NCBI GenBank assembly: GCA_963663165.1
Contig: OY760175.1
Location: forward strand, 6,048,001 to 6,112,000
Source: an uncultured Desulfospira sp.
GTDB taxonomy: Bacteria; Desulfobacterota; Desulfobacteria; Desulfobacterales; Desulfobacteraceae
DNA: 64,000 bases
Direction: 5' to 3'
Shown here: one piece after another, positions 48,003 through 56,205 of the stretch
Position numbering within the stretch: the stretch's first letter is position 1
Layout: the number at the start of each line of letters is the position of its first letter
Program-made: the position numbers and the translations under genes
Notes under the pieces: generated by a model
What the model was told of the DNA's origin: nothing
The model's input: the letters and a program-made list of their open reading frames with translations, nothing else
The model's database searches: none

Positions 48003-49571
48003 CTAAAAAGGAAGCTTGGCCCGGATCTGCCTGAAGAAAATCGTGGTTTCTTCGATTTTCATCAGCTTTCCGGCCAGGGGCAGAAGACCTAAGAACAGGA
48101 TGCCGCAAAGCAGGCAGACACCAAGTGCCTTGACAGTGGAATCCGGGTGGATCACCCGGATCAGACCCTGGTGGGCAACGAAAAGAATCGCCCCCGTCCC
48201 AAGGCTTAGGCCCGCCATTTTCATGAAAAACAGATAAACGTCTGCCTTGCCCGTATTGTTTATTTTCCGGCTTAGGCACTCATACAGGACCAGGCAGTTT
48301 AAAACAGCGGACAGGCTCAGCCCCAAAGCGATTCCCGTAACCCCCATGAGTTTCATCAATGCATAAATCAGGGGCAGGGCCGCACCCACGCACAGGGTGG
48401 AAAAAATGGCCGGAAACAGGGTGTTCTGCATGGCGTAATATCCCCTTGCCACAATGGTCTGGCCGCAAAAGGCAAAGGTGCCGGCAAGGAAAAAAACCAG
48501 AACCCCGGCGGTGACCAGGGCGGCATGGGCGTCAAACTGCCCTCTCTGGAATAAAACCTGGACGATTTCCTGGCGCAGGATCATGAACAGCACGGAAAAG
48601 GGAATGGACAAAAAGATAAATTTCAAGGCCTGGTTGATAATCTGGTTCAACCGGGCCAGATCCCCCTTGGCCGCGATCTTGGCCATGAACGGATAAGAGG
48701 CAGTCCCCACGGCCTGGCCGAAAAACCCTACCAGGATGAACAGGATCCGGACGGCGTAATTCATGGCGGCAATGCTGCCCTCATCCAGAAAGGATCCAAA
48801 AAATTTGAGCAGGATCTCCGTGGAAAAGGTCATGGTCAGCCCGAGCATCAGGGGAAGGGTGAGCAGAATATAGGTTTTAAGGTCCGGGTGGCGAAAATCA
48901 AAACAGAAGAAATACGTTAAGCCGTTTTTTTTGGCACCTATCCACTGAATTAAAAAATTTCCCAGAAAGGCACCGCACAGGACCCCCCAGGCAAAGCCTT
49001 CCATGCCGATATACGGGGAAAGAAAAATGCCCCCAGAAATGATGCCGATATTGTAGATCAGGGGGGCCAGGGCCGGAATGAAAAATTTTTCCCTGGTAAA
49101 CTGCACGGCCATGAACAGCCCGCCGCAAAAAAAGAAAAACTGGGCCGGGATAATGATCCGTGTCATCTTTACGGCCAGCCGGAAGGTCTCGGGATCCTTG
49201 ATGCCCGGTGCCAGGAGCTTGATCAAATCCGGGGCAAAAATCATGGTGATGATGATAAAGCTTAGCAACAGCCCCCCGAAACCGTTGAGGATGATGGAAA
49301 AGACCTTGAAGCCTTCATCTTCCTGACCCTTGGAGATATACCGGGCAAAAATGGGGATAAAGGTGATGGATAAAAACCCGCCGGCAGAAATATGATTGAG
49401 AATTTCCGGGATCACAAAGGCAATCTGGTAGGCGTCCACCGGCGCTTTGGCCCCGCCGTAAAAGGCAATGGCCGCTTCCCGGCCAAGCCCGATGACACGG
49501 GATGCGGCCACGGATGCCATCATGATAAAAGAGGCAAACCCGATTTTTTTTATGGTGCTGGTGTCAGGCAT
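48003..49571 (-). CDS. murJ: Lipid II flippase MurJ/MviN
   Basis: SRVIGLGRE, DAY..AF.IP, FIPIF, LFQRGQF, RGYYAMQNT..P; polytopic membrane protein. Confidence 0.92.
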   Translation of the reverse strand: MPDTSTIKKIGFASFIMMASVAASRVIGLGREAAIAFYGGAKAPVDAYQIAFVIPEILNHISAGGFLSITFIPIFARYISKGQEDEGFKVFSIILNGFGGLLLSFIIITMIFAPDLIKLLAPGIKDPETFRLAVKMTRIIIPAQFFFFCGGLFMAVQFTREKFFIPALAPLIYNIGIISGGIFLSPYIGMEGFAWGVLCGAFLGNFLIQWIGAKKNGLTYFFCFDFRHPDLKTYILLTLPLMLGLTMTFSTEILLKFFGSFLDEGSIAAMNYAVRILFILVGFFGQAVGTASYPFMAKIAAKGDLARLNQIINQALKFIFLSIPFSVLFMILRQEIVQVLFQRGQFDAHAALVTAGVLVFFLAGTFAFCGQTIVARGYYAMQNTLFPAIFSTLCVGAALPLIYALMKLMGVTGIALGLSLSAVLNCLVLYECLSRKINNTGKADVYLFFMKMAGLSLGTGAILFVAHQGLIRVIHPDSTVKALGVCLLCGILFLGLLPLAGKLMKIEETTIFFRQIRAKLPF

Positions 49572-49904
49572 GTTCGGCTTTTGGCAGTTAGCGGTTACCG
49601 GTTAGCGGTCAAAAAAAGCTGAAGACTAACCGCTGATAATGATACTCGCCCGGAGTATGGCCTTGAAATAAGGTTTTGTCAATCTGCAGGGACACCAAAC
49701 AGTGCTGACGCATGAATAAAAAAAGGTTGGCTTTAGTCGATCTAACCACTCCCTTTGGGGGGAGATCCAGCCTTTTTTAATTCAAAAAGGCAGTCCTTCA
49801 GACACTGACTATGGCCGAAACGAAAGACGGTCCTTCGGTCCGAACATAGCGTTCCCACCTCTCTGCTTGGGAGAGTGTTTTCGATTACCCGTCCGTCGTT
49901 GCCG

Positions 49905-51431
49905 TCATACTAATCGGAGTTGAAAGGGAGTGGACAGACGATCTTCCAGCCACATGTAATCCAGCCACGGGCCGGACATGGTATCCCGGACTAAACGAAT
50001 CAGGCCCCGTGCGCCGGTATCTTCAATAATCCTGGCAAGCCGCTGCGAGTATCTGGCCAAAACGTTAAACATATGGCCCAGGCGCATCAAGGCATGATAC
50101 CCCTTCATGACGTTCCAATCATACGAAAAACAGTGCTCGTACTCATATCCATGATGTTTCTCAACGAGAATACCGGTTTCAATACACCAACGGGAACGGG
50201 CGGCTATGTTGCATCGTTCGTGAAGATTAAATCTGTCCAAAGGTTCGCTGGACAACCACACATGACGACTATTTTTCTTTTCCGGTTGACCGCTTTCCCG
50301 GCTAACCTCTTTCCAGCTCTCTTTGCATTCAACAACGTGCAGGATTTGACTTTTCTTGCCGTTCGGACCAAACCGGTAGTCAATGGCGTTGATCCACCGA
50401 AAAACCTGTTTCCTATTGCCCCATGTGTGTTGGTGGCAGTTTTCTGTATCGAGTGCGGCAAGCGTTTCAAATTCATTCATTACGCTGGGTAGAGCGTCAT
50501 CTTTCAGTACAATCATGAACTGCCATTTGTTTGTTCGGCAAATTTCTGCCACGGGGCCCTTGGCATAAAGCCCATCCAAAAGCACCATAATTTTTAGGGC
50601 GGGAAATGCCGCCTTCAGGCAAGAGGCTAACCGGTAAAACGCCTTGAGTTCGCAGTCCTGCTTATCATTAGCGGTATCTCCTTCGGTGTAGCTCAGGATT
50701 TCGCTTATCAGCGGAATGCTCATGCCATCGGAAAACGCAAGATTAGCTTCCAGAACATAGACATGATACTGTTTCCTGGTGCCATCCTCTTTCTTGATGT
50801 TACGTTCCAGGCACTCTTCATCCCAAAGCCAGTCGCGTTTGAATTTACCGGTACCATCTATGGCAATCGGATAACAGCCATTGACCAGGTACCGTCGAAA
50901 TTTCTTTTTCCGGATCAGATCTCTGACCAGATCGAGATGAAGCTTCTTGATTTGATTGATATCAATCTTAGACAATAGGCGTTTTAACGTATCATGATGG
51001 GGAAGCGTTTCAAGCTCCGGGAAAAAATATTGAAGATTCTTCCAGAACATCGGCCGGCTCATTTCTTTGTTGGCCTCACGGCAAGAAGCCATCTGAAACA
51101 CAAAGGTCAGTATCCCATAGATCATGAGTGTGGATATTTGGTGTTTTATCTTCTTAGGGTTTCGAGGGTCTTCAATCTTGGCCATACGTTTGAGCAGAAT
51201 TGGCAGCTTAGCGCGAAAAATACTCATTTTCTCAGCCACGGCCTCATTGCGGATGCGCCCCTCCTGTTCTACACTTTCATATCGGCATTTGCAGTTAGAA
51301 ATTGTGCCATGAGAGGGCGGCTGAAATCCCCTGGCCTCTTCATCCCGACGTAATTTTCTCTGCTCCTTTTTAAACTGCTTTCTTTTGGCCTTTATCTCCT
51401 CACGATTGGGGCGTCGGCTAGGCTTGCTCAT
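49905..51431 (-). CDS. DDE transposase, ISAs1/H-repeat-related
   Basis: IEDPR..KKIKH, PHHDTL, IAIDGT, KQDCE.KAF, LLDGLY, R.RW.IE motifs; inside TIRs. Exact IS family uncertain. Confidence 0.85.
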   Translation of the reverse strand: MSKPSRRPNREEIKAKRKQFKKEQRKLRRDEEARGFQPPSHGTISNCKCRYESVEQEGRIRNEAVAEKMSIFRAKLPILLKRMAKIEDPRNPKKIKHQISTLMIYGILTFVFQMASCREANKEMSRPMFWKNLQYFFPELETLPHHDTLKRLLSKIDINQIKKLHLDLVRDLIRKKKFRRYLVNGCYPIAIDGTGKFKRDWLWDEECLERNIKKEDGTRKQYHVYVLEANLAFSDGMSIPLISEILSYTEGDTANDKQDCELKAFYRLASCLKAAFPALKIMVLLDGLYAKGPVAEICRTNKWQFMIVLKDDALPSVMNEFETLAALDTENCHQHTWGNRKQVFRWINAIDYRFGPNGKKSQILHVVECKESWKEVSRESGQPEKKNSRHVWLSSEPLDRFNLHERCNIAARSRWCIETGILVEKHHGYEYEHCFSYDWNVMKGYHALMRLGHMFNVLARYSQRLARIIEDTGARGLIRLVRDTMSGPWLDYMWLEDRLSTPFQLRLV

Positions 51432-52303
51432 CCGATCTGCCTCAAAACCTGACGGAAATTATTCACCAGCGGATAAACGAAGATTTTTTTGGGACTGGTC
51501 CTGTAACTTCTACCCTGCCGGACAAGCCCCTTTCCGCTGGTCATGCCAAGGTGTCTAAAATTGGCCGCCCGATAGCACGTCCCATCGAAGTGTTGTGGGT
51601 CGACAAAGGTCTCCAGCAAAGCCGGCCGATACCCCCAGCTCCGCTCCCAGTCTTGCACCAGATCTCTGACAATTTTACCCAATACGTGACTTGCCAGATA
51701 CCGGACCTTGACCCACGGAAAAATCAGGAAGCGTCCATTGTTTACAACAAATCCCAAGTTTCTTAAGCGTTCGTTGGTGCTCCAGCCGATCCATCGATCC
51801 CTCGGGGTCAGCGCCTTGGCCGCCCCTGAGAACAGCATACATCCCAATATGCGCTCTTGAGCTTGTATCAAATAACGCAGATGACATCCGAACGGCCGCT
51901 TGTAGCCAAGATAATGGTAACGGTGCAGGTATTCATTAACCAGTGAGCGTTCTTCCGTGTCTTGTGCGACCCTGACAACGATCGGCCCGATATCCGAAAG
52001 CGTGCCCGCTACCTTATCTTGGGGCTGGGTCCTGTCGTCCGCTACCGGCAGTTTCTGTTGAGAGCCCTTTATGGGACCGAGTTTCTCTTTTTCAGGCAAC
52101 CGTATGAGACCTTGGGACTCCAGTCGCAGAAGCAATTTCCGGCAGGCATCCACCTTGTTCCTACCAGAAGCGGTATACCAGCCCAAATGTTCGCATATTG
52201 TATGAGCCAGTTCAGTCTGACTCAAATTCGAAAAGGTCTCTACTGTCTCGCAAATCTGTATAAGCTCTTCGTCTTTAATTTTCCGGCCACATTGGACAAT
52301 CAC
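51428..52303 (-). CDS. DUF4338 (DruA-like) domain protein
   Basis: YHYLGY..PFG..LRY, RDRWIGW, NNGRFLIFPWV.V..LASHVL, LETFVD...F.GTCYRAAN...G.T.G; stop overlaps the transposase start (ATGA). Confidence 0.85.
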   Translation of the reverse strand: MIVQCGRKIKDEELIQICETVETFSNLSQTELAHTICEHLGWYTASGRNKVDACRKLLLRLESQGLIRLPEKEKLGPIKGSQQKLPVADDRTQPQDKVAGTLSDIGPIVVRVAQDTEERSLVNEYLHRYHYLGYKRPFGCHLRYLIQAQERILGCMLFSGAAKALTPRDRWIGWSTNERLRNLGFVVNNGRFLIFPWVKVRYLASHVLGKIVRDLVQDWERSWGYRPALLETFVDPQHFDGTCYRAANFRHLGMTSGKGLVRQGRSYRTSPKKIFVYPLVNNFRQVLRQIG

Positions 52304-52508
52304 GACATCCTCCTCTTCAAATGTAGTGTCTCGATTGGGGGGGCGCTCATTCGTACCCTATGCTACATTATCAAAAGGCCGAAATTTTGTCTATTTAAAT
52401 TTTGCGACAAAATAATTTTGGATATCGAGCTGCGTCATTGATATCATTGACTATAAATTTTCATGCGTCAGCACTGGACACCAAACAAGGCCAATGCGTG
52501 TAAAAAAC

Positions 52509-52607
52509 TAGTGTCTGAACGAAACCCCGTGTTTGGGCGAAAAGTTGCCCAGATGCAAATTTTTCTGCAACCCAGCAGATGGGTGACTTTTCGTTCAAAC
52601 ACGAACT
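52509..52607. repeat. Palindromic repeat family C (MITE-like), longer copy
   Basis: GTGTTTGGGCGAAAAGTTGCCCA ... GATGGGTGACTTTTCGTTCAAACAC; related to 5914-5968. Confidence 0.7.
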
Positions 52608-52918
52608 AACGGCCACGGGCCGCCTTGGTTATCCAACCAAGCACCGCCCACAACGAAAAATGAAAGTCTTTTCAGCTTGTTAGTGAGACTTTCTTATAAA
52701 TGGCCACGGGCCGCAAGCCCACAACGAATAATGAAACTGAAGATACCAGCAACGGTAGGCTATAAATTGGGCACCGCAGGTGCTTCGCCCTCTTGTCTCT
52801 TGTTTCTTGTCTCCAGTATCTTATAAACGGCCACGGGCCGCTTTGGTTATCCAACCAAGAGCCGCCCACAACAAATATTGAAAGTCTTCTCAGGACGTTA
52901 GGGAGACTTTCATGTAAA
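52607..52918 (+). repeat. Cluster of three family B repeats (52607-52700, variant 52698-52767, 52825-52918)
   Basis: Each starts AA(C/T)GGCCACGGGCCGC and contains GCCCACAAC.AA.A.TGAAA. Confidence 0.85.
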
Positions 52919-53062
52919 CGATATCCGTCTGCCACGGTTTCCGTTCTTCCGGTCTCCCTTTTCCCTTAATTTGCCTATTTTCCTTGACTTGCCGGACGCT
53001 TCTGATTAAAAGAGTTGTCGATAACTTTTTTTTTATAAAAATAAAAATAAGTCGAGGTAAAA

Positions 53063-54040
53063 ATGAAAAGTAGATATTTATTTATTGTTGTCATGATAAC
53101 TCTATGCTTTCCATACGGGTCCCCGGCCAAAATCAGCGAACTGGTCATCGCCGGTCCCCGGTCCTGTGTGGTTCACCCCTTAATCTATATGAAAGAAGCC
53201 GGGCTCCTGGACCCGGCAGCGGATAACATCAAACTGATTATCTGGAACAACCCCGACCAGCTGCGCGCCCTGATGGCCGGGGGACAGGTCCATTTCAGCG
53301 CCGTGCCCAGCTACGTGGCGGCCAATTTCTACAACAAAGGCCTTGGGTTAAAGCTGTTGAATATCTCCACCTGGGGGCTGTTGTGGCTGGTCTCTTCAGA
53401 CCCTGAGGTTAAAACCCTGGCCGATTTAAAAAACCAGACCATTACCCTGACCTATAAACGGGATCTGCCCGACCTGGTGTTTACAAATCTGGCCCAGGCC
53501 CAGGGCCTTGATCCCCAAAAGGATTTTAATTTAGCCTACCTTCCCGACTTCAAGGCCGTGGCCCAGGAACTGCTGAGCGGCAGGACCCACCATGCCATGC
53601 TGGCCGAGCCCATTGCCTCCATCACGGTGTTAAAATCCTCACAGCAGGGAATTTCAAAGGTCTACAGGGCCGTTGATATCCAGGCAGAATGGCAAAAGGT
53701 TCACCAGACAAAGCGGGGAATGCCCGAAGCCGGTATCTGTGCCTTGCCCTCAATTCTGGGCCAGCCCCAAATTGTCACCGCCTTTCAAAAGGCCTATGAA
53801 ACCGCCATTAATTTTTGCAAAACCCATCCGGATGAAGCGGCCGGTATCGTGGCCCGGTATTTACAAAAGACCAAGCCGGCCCCCATTGCCGCAGCCCTGA
53901 AAAATGCCCGGCTTGAATTTGTCACCGCCCTGGATGCCCGGCCCGAGCTGACCGACTTTTACAATGTGTTAATGGCGCTGAATCCGGAAAAAACAGGGGG
54001 CCGGCTGCCCGGGGACGGCTTTTACTGGCAAGACCGGTAA
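53063..54040 (+). CDS. ABC substrate-binding protein, NitT/TauT family
   Basis: Signal peptide; W.NPDQLRAL..GG, AANFYNKG, D.PD, LAEP, GG.LP...FY; first gene of an ABC triplet. Confidence 0.85.
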   Translation: MKSRYLFIVVMITLCFPYGSPAKISELVIAGPRSCVVHPLIYMKEAGLLDPAADNIKLIIWNNPDQLRALMAGGQVHFSAVPSYVAANFYNKGLGLKLLNISTWGLLWLVSSDPEVKTLADLKNQTITLTYKRDLPDLVFTNLAQAQGLDPQKDFNLAYLPDFKAVAQELLSGRTHHAMLAEPIASITVLKSSQQGISKVYRAVDIQAEWQKVHQTKRGMPEAGICALPSILGQPQIVTAFQKAYETAINFCKTHPDEAAGIVARYLQKTKPAPIAAALKNARLEFVTALDARPELTDFYNVLMALNPEKTGGRLPGDGFYWQDR

Positions 54041-54046
54041 CCGCCC

Positions 54047-54814
54047 ATGCCGGACCCGTATGTTAAAAAAACAACCCGGGCCCGTATTTTCACGGGCCTG
54101 GGGGTTGTCCTGGTTCTCGCCATATGGCAGGTGTTATCCCTTTTTGTGCATGACATTCTTCTGGCCTCTCCGGCCCAGGCAGGGGCCGCCCTTTGGCAGA
54201 TGTGGGGAACGGCCTATTTTGAGAACCATTTTACCGTCAGCCTCAAGCGTATTTTTTTAGGCCTTGTCCTGGGCACCTTCACAGGGTTTGCCCTTGGGAT
54301 CGGTGCCGGGCTCAATGATGATATCAAGCATCTTCTGGCACCCTTCCGGTGGATCATGCTCAGCATCTCCCCGGTGGTGCTGGTGGTGCTGGCCATGCTC
54401 TGGTTCGGCATGGGCAGCCGGATGGTGGTCTTTATTTCCACGGCCCTGACCGCTCCCATAGTTTATGTCAACACGGTCAAGGGAATTGAGATGGTGGATG
54501 ACCGGCTGGTGGAAATGGCCGACATCTATAAATTCGGCTTATGGCGGCGCATCAAAGATCTTTACATCCCCGCCATTACCGGTCCTTTGAGTGCGGCCAT
54601 GGTCCTGGTGACCTGCATGGGGGCACGGGTGGTTCTCCTGGCAGAGATCATGGGGGCGGACAACGGCATCGGGTTTGCCTTGGGCGAGGCCCGGGCCAAT
54701 CTTGAGGTGCCCATTCTCTTTGCCTGGGTCCTGGTCAGCCTGGCCATTGTGGCCCTGTTTGAATTTGTCCTGGTGGGGCCGGTTGAACGGTATTTTACGC
54801 GGTGGAAATCTTGA
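54047..54814 (+). CDS. ABC permease, NitT/TauT family
   Basis: SL.RI..G, NT..GI..VD..LVEMA, AEIMG...GIG. Confidence 0.88.
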   Translation: MPDPYVKKTTRARIFTGLGVVLVLAIWQVLSLFVHDILLASPAQAGAALWQMWGTAYFENHFTVSLKRIFLGLVLGTFTGFALGIGAGLNDDIKHLLAPFRWIMLSISPVVLVVLAMLWFGMGSRMVVFISTALTAPIVYVNTVKGIEMVDDRLVEMADIYKFGLWRRIKDLYIPAITGPLSAAMVLVTCMGARVVLLAEIMGADNGIGFALGEARANLEVPILFAWVLVSLAIVALFEFVLVGPVERYFTRWKS

Positions 54815-55443
54815 ATCCGGCCATTGAATTTAAAGGGGTGACCAAGACTTACCAGGGCAGGGATGTGCTGTCCAATTTAAGTTTTAAAATTAATCCCCAC
54901 GATGCGGTGGGCCTTCTGGGCAACAGCGGCATGGGCAAAACCACCATTTTAAAACTCATCGCCGGCATTGAAACCCCGGATGCCGGCACGGTGTCGGTCC
55001 ATGCCCGGCGGATCGGCTATGTATTCCAGGAGCCGAGGCTATTGCCGTGGAAAACAGCCCTTGACAACATCCGGCTGCCGTTGCGGGCCATGGGGGTTCC
55101 CAAGACACAAGCCCGTAAAAAGGCAATGGAGCTGCTTGATCTGATGGGACTGTCTGAATTTGCCCGCTACTATCCGTTAAAACTGTCCGGCGGCATGAAG
55201 CAGCGGGTTTCCCTTGCCAGGGCCTTTGCCGTAGACCCGGAGATCCTGTTGCTGGACGAACCCTTCAGCTCTCTTGACATCACGCTTAAAAATGAATTAA
55301 CCCTGATGCTCAAAGAGCGGCTTAAGATTCGGCCCGCCACCCTTTTGTACGTGTCCCACGCCCCTGATGAACTTGAACTATTGTGCGGCAAAATATTTAA
55401 TATGATTGCATCAGATGCGTTGAGCCTTGCCAAACCAATGTAA
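54802..55443 (+). CDS. ABC ATP-binding protein, NitT/TauT family
   Basis: GNSGMGKTT, VFQEPRLLPW, LSGGMKQRVSLARA, LLDEPFSSLD. Confidence 0.9.
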   Translation: MEILNPAIEFKGVTKTYQGRDVLSNLSFKINPHDAVGLLGNSGMGKTTILKLIAGIETPDAGTVSVHARRIGYVFQEPRLLPWKTALDNIRLPLRAMGVPKTQARKKAMELLDLMGLSEFARYYPLKLSGGMKQRVSLARAFAVDPEILLLDEPFSSLDITLKNELTLMLKERLKIRPATLLYVSHAPDELELLCGKIFNMIASDALSLAKPM

Positions 55444-55486
55444 AAGCCGCAAACCGCGCAGCCTTTCGCACGCCTTGCGGCTTTTT
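55442..55486. terminator. Probable bidirectional terminator
   Basis: AAAAGCCGCAA / TTGCGGCTTTT between convergent genes. Confidence 0.65.
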
Positions 55487-55507
55487 GTTCCTGTCCCTAT
55501 GGAGGGG

Positions 55508-56080
55508 TTAACGGGTTCTTCTTCTCAATCCCGAAAGACCGGCAAGGCCTGTGCCCAGCAGCAAAATGGTTCCGGGAACCGGAACCGGATTGATGGCCTC
55601 AACCCCATCGAAAAATTTCGCCGGGCCGGCGCTTAAGCGTACATATTGTGCCGAAGTCACGCCAAAGTCGGTAAAAAGATCATATCCCCATTCGGCAGCC
55701 GAACCCGGACTGGACTTGCCGAGCGCAACCTGATTCGACCAAGTTGCACCGTCCAATGAAACCGAGATATAGGCATTTGAACCCGGTCCGAATCCATAGA
55801 CAATCAGGTCGTCCCCGTCCCCATCGGTAAAAACCTGGTCAAATCCAAGCTCAATGTAGCCGGCCTCGCCAGCCCCCCAGCCGGTATAGCCTGAGCCGTC
55901 CATGGCGTCGGTTGGCGTCCCCAGGATAACCGACGTATCCAGAGCCCCATGGCAAGTGCCGTCCCAGTTATGAGCCGTGGTCCCGCCGATAATGGAAGAC
56001 GCATAAATCCCCGCGCTGGCCGATTGTGCTGCACATACAACCAAACCTGCCGTCATTAACATGGCTAAAATTTTTCTCAT
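55508..56080 (-). CDS. PEP-CTERM (VPLPA-type) protein carrying the module shared with the 1167-aa protein
   Basis: Signal peptide; GW....GYIELGFD..FTDGDGDDLIVYGFG, VS.DG.TW, QYVR, KFFDGVEA; VPVPGTILLLGTGLAGLSGLRRRTR. Confidence 0.9.
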   Translation of the reverse strand: MRKILAMLMTAGLVVCAAQSASAGIYASSIIGGTTAHNWDGTCHGALDTSVILGTPTDAMDGSGYTGWGAGEAGYIELGFDQVFTDGDGDDLIVYGFGPGSNAYISVSLDGATWSNQVALGKSSPGSAAEWGYDLFTDFGVTSAQYVRLSAGPAKFFDGVEAINPVPVPGTILLLGTGLAGLSGLRRRTR

Positions 56081-56107
56081 TTTTTAAAATCTCCTTTTAG
56101 TTTAGGT

Positions 56108-56205
56108 TTACATATGAAAGTCTCACCAACATTATGTAAAGACTTTCATTCTTTGTTATGGTCCGGATGCCTGGCTGGATAACCAGAGGCGTTCCGTGAC
56201 CGTTA
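56108..56205 (-). repeat. Diverged family B repeat copy
   Basis: Reverse complement begins on the S8 gene TAA stop (TAACGGTCACGG) and ends TGAAAGTC..GAGACTTTCATATGTAAA. Confidence 0.7.

Larger units (their letters stand above)
49700..52476 (-). mobile_element. Two-gene insertion sequence (DUF4338-like ORF + DDE transposase), 2777 bp
   Basis: Perfect 17-bp TIR CAGTGCTGACGCATGAA / TTCATGCGTCAGCACTG; 9-bp duplication GACACCAAA at 49691-49699 and 52477-52485 (alternatively 16-bp TIR with 11-bp duplication). Confidence 0.92.

Noticed and set aside
51428..52303. Druantia defence system
   Set aside because: Only a DruA-like ORF is present, inside an IS; no DruE helicase or other dru genes are in the window.
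52607..52918. Possible CRISPR array or integron attC sites (TAAC at stop codons, GTTAG near the end)
   Set aside because: Spacing is irregular, inter-repeat sequence is itself repeated, and no cas or intI gene is present; GTTAG lies in a hairpin loop and the ends do not form the attC R/L box pairing.
53001..53011. TCTGATTAAAA matches the reverse complement of the gcd/acd tandem repeat unit
   Set aside because: A single AT-rich 11-mer is too weak to claim co-regulation without a genome-wide scan.
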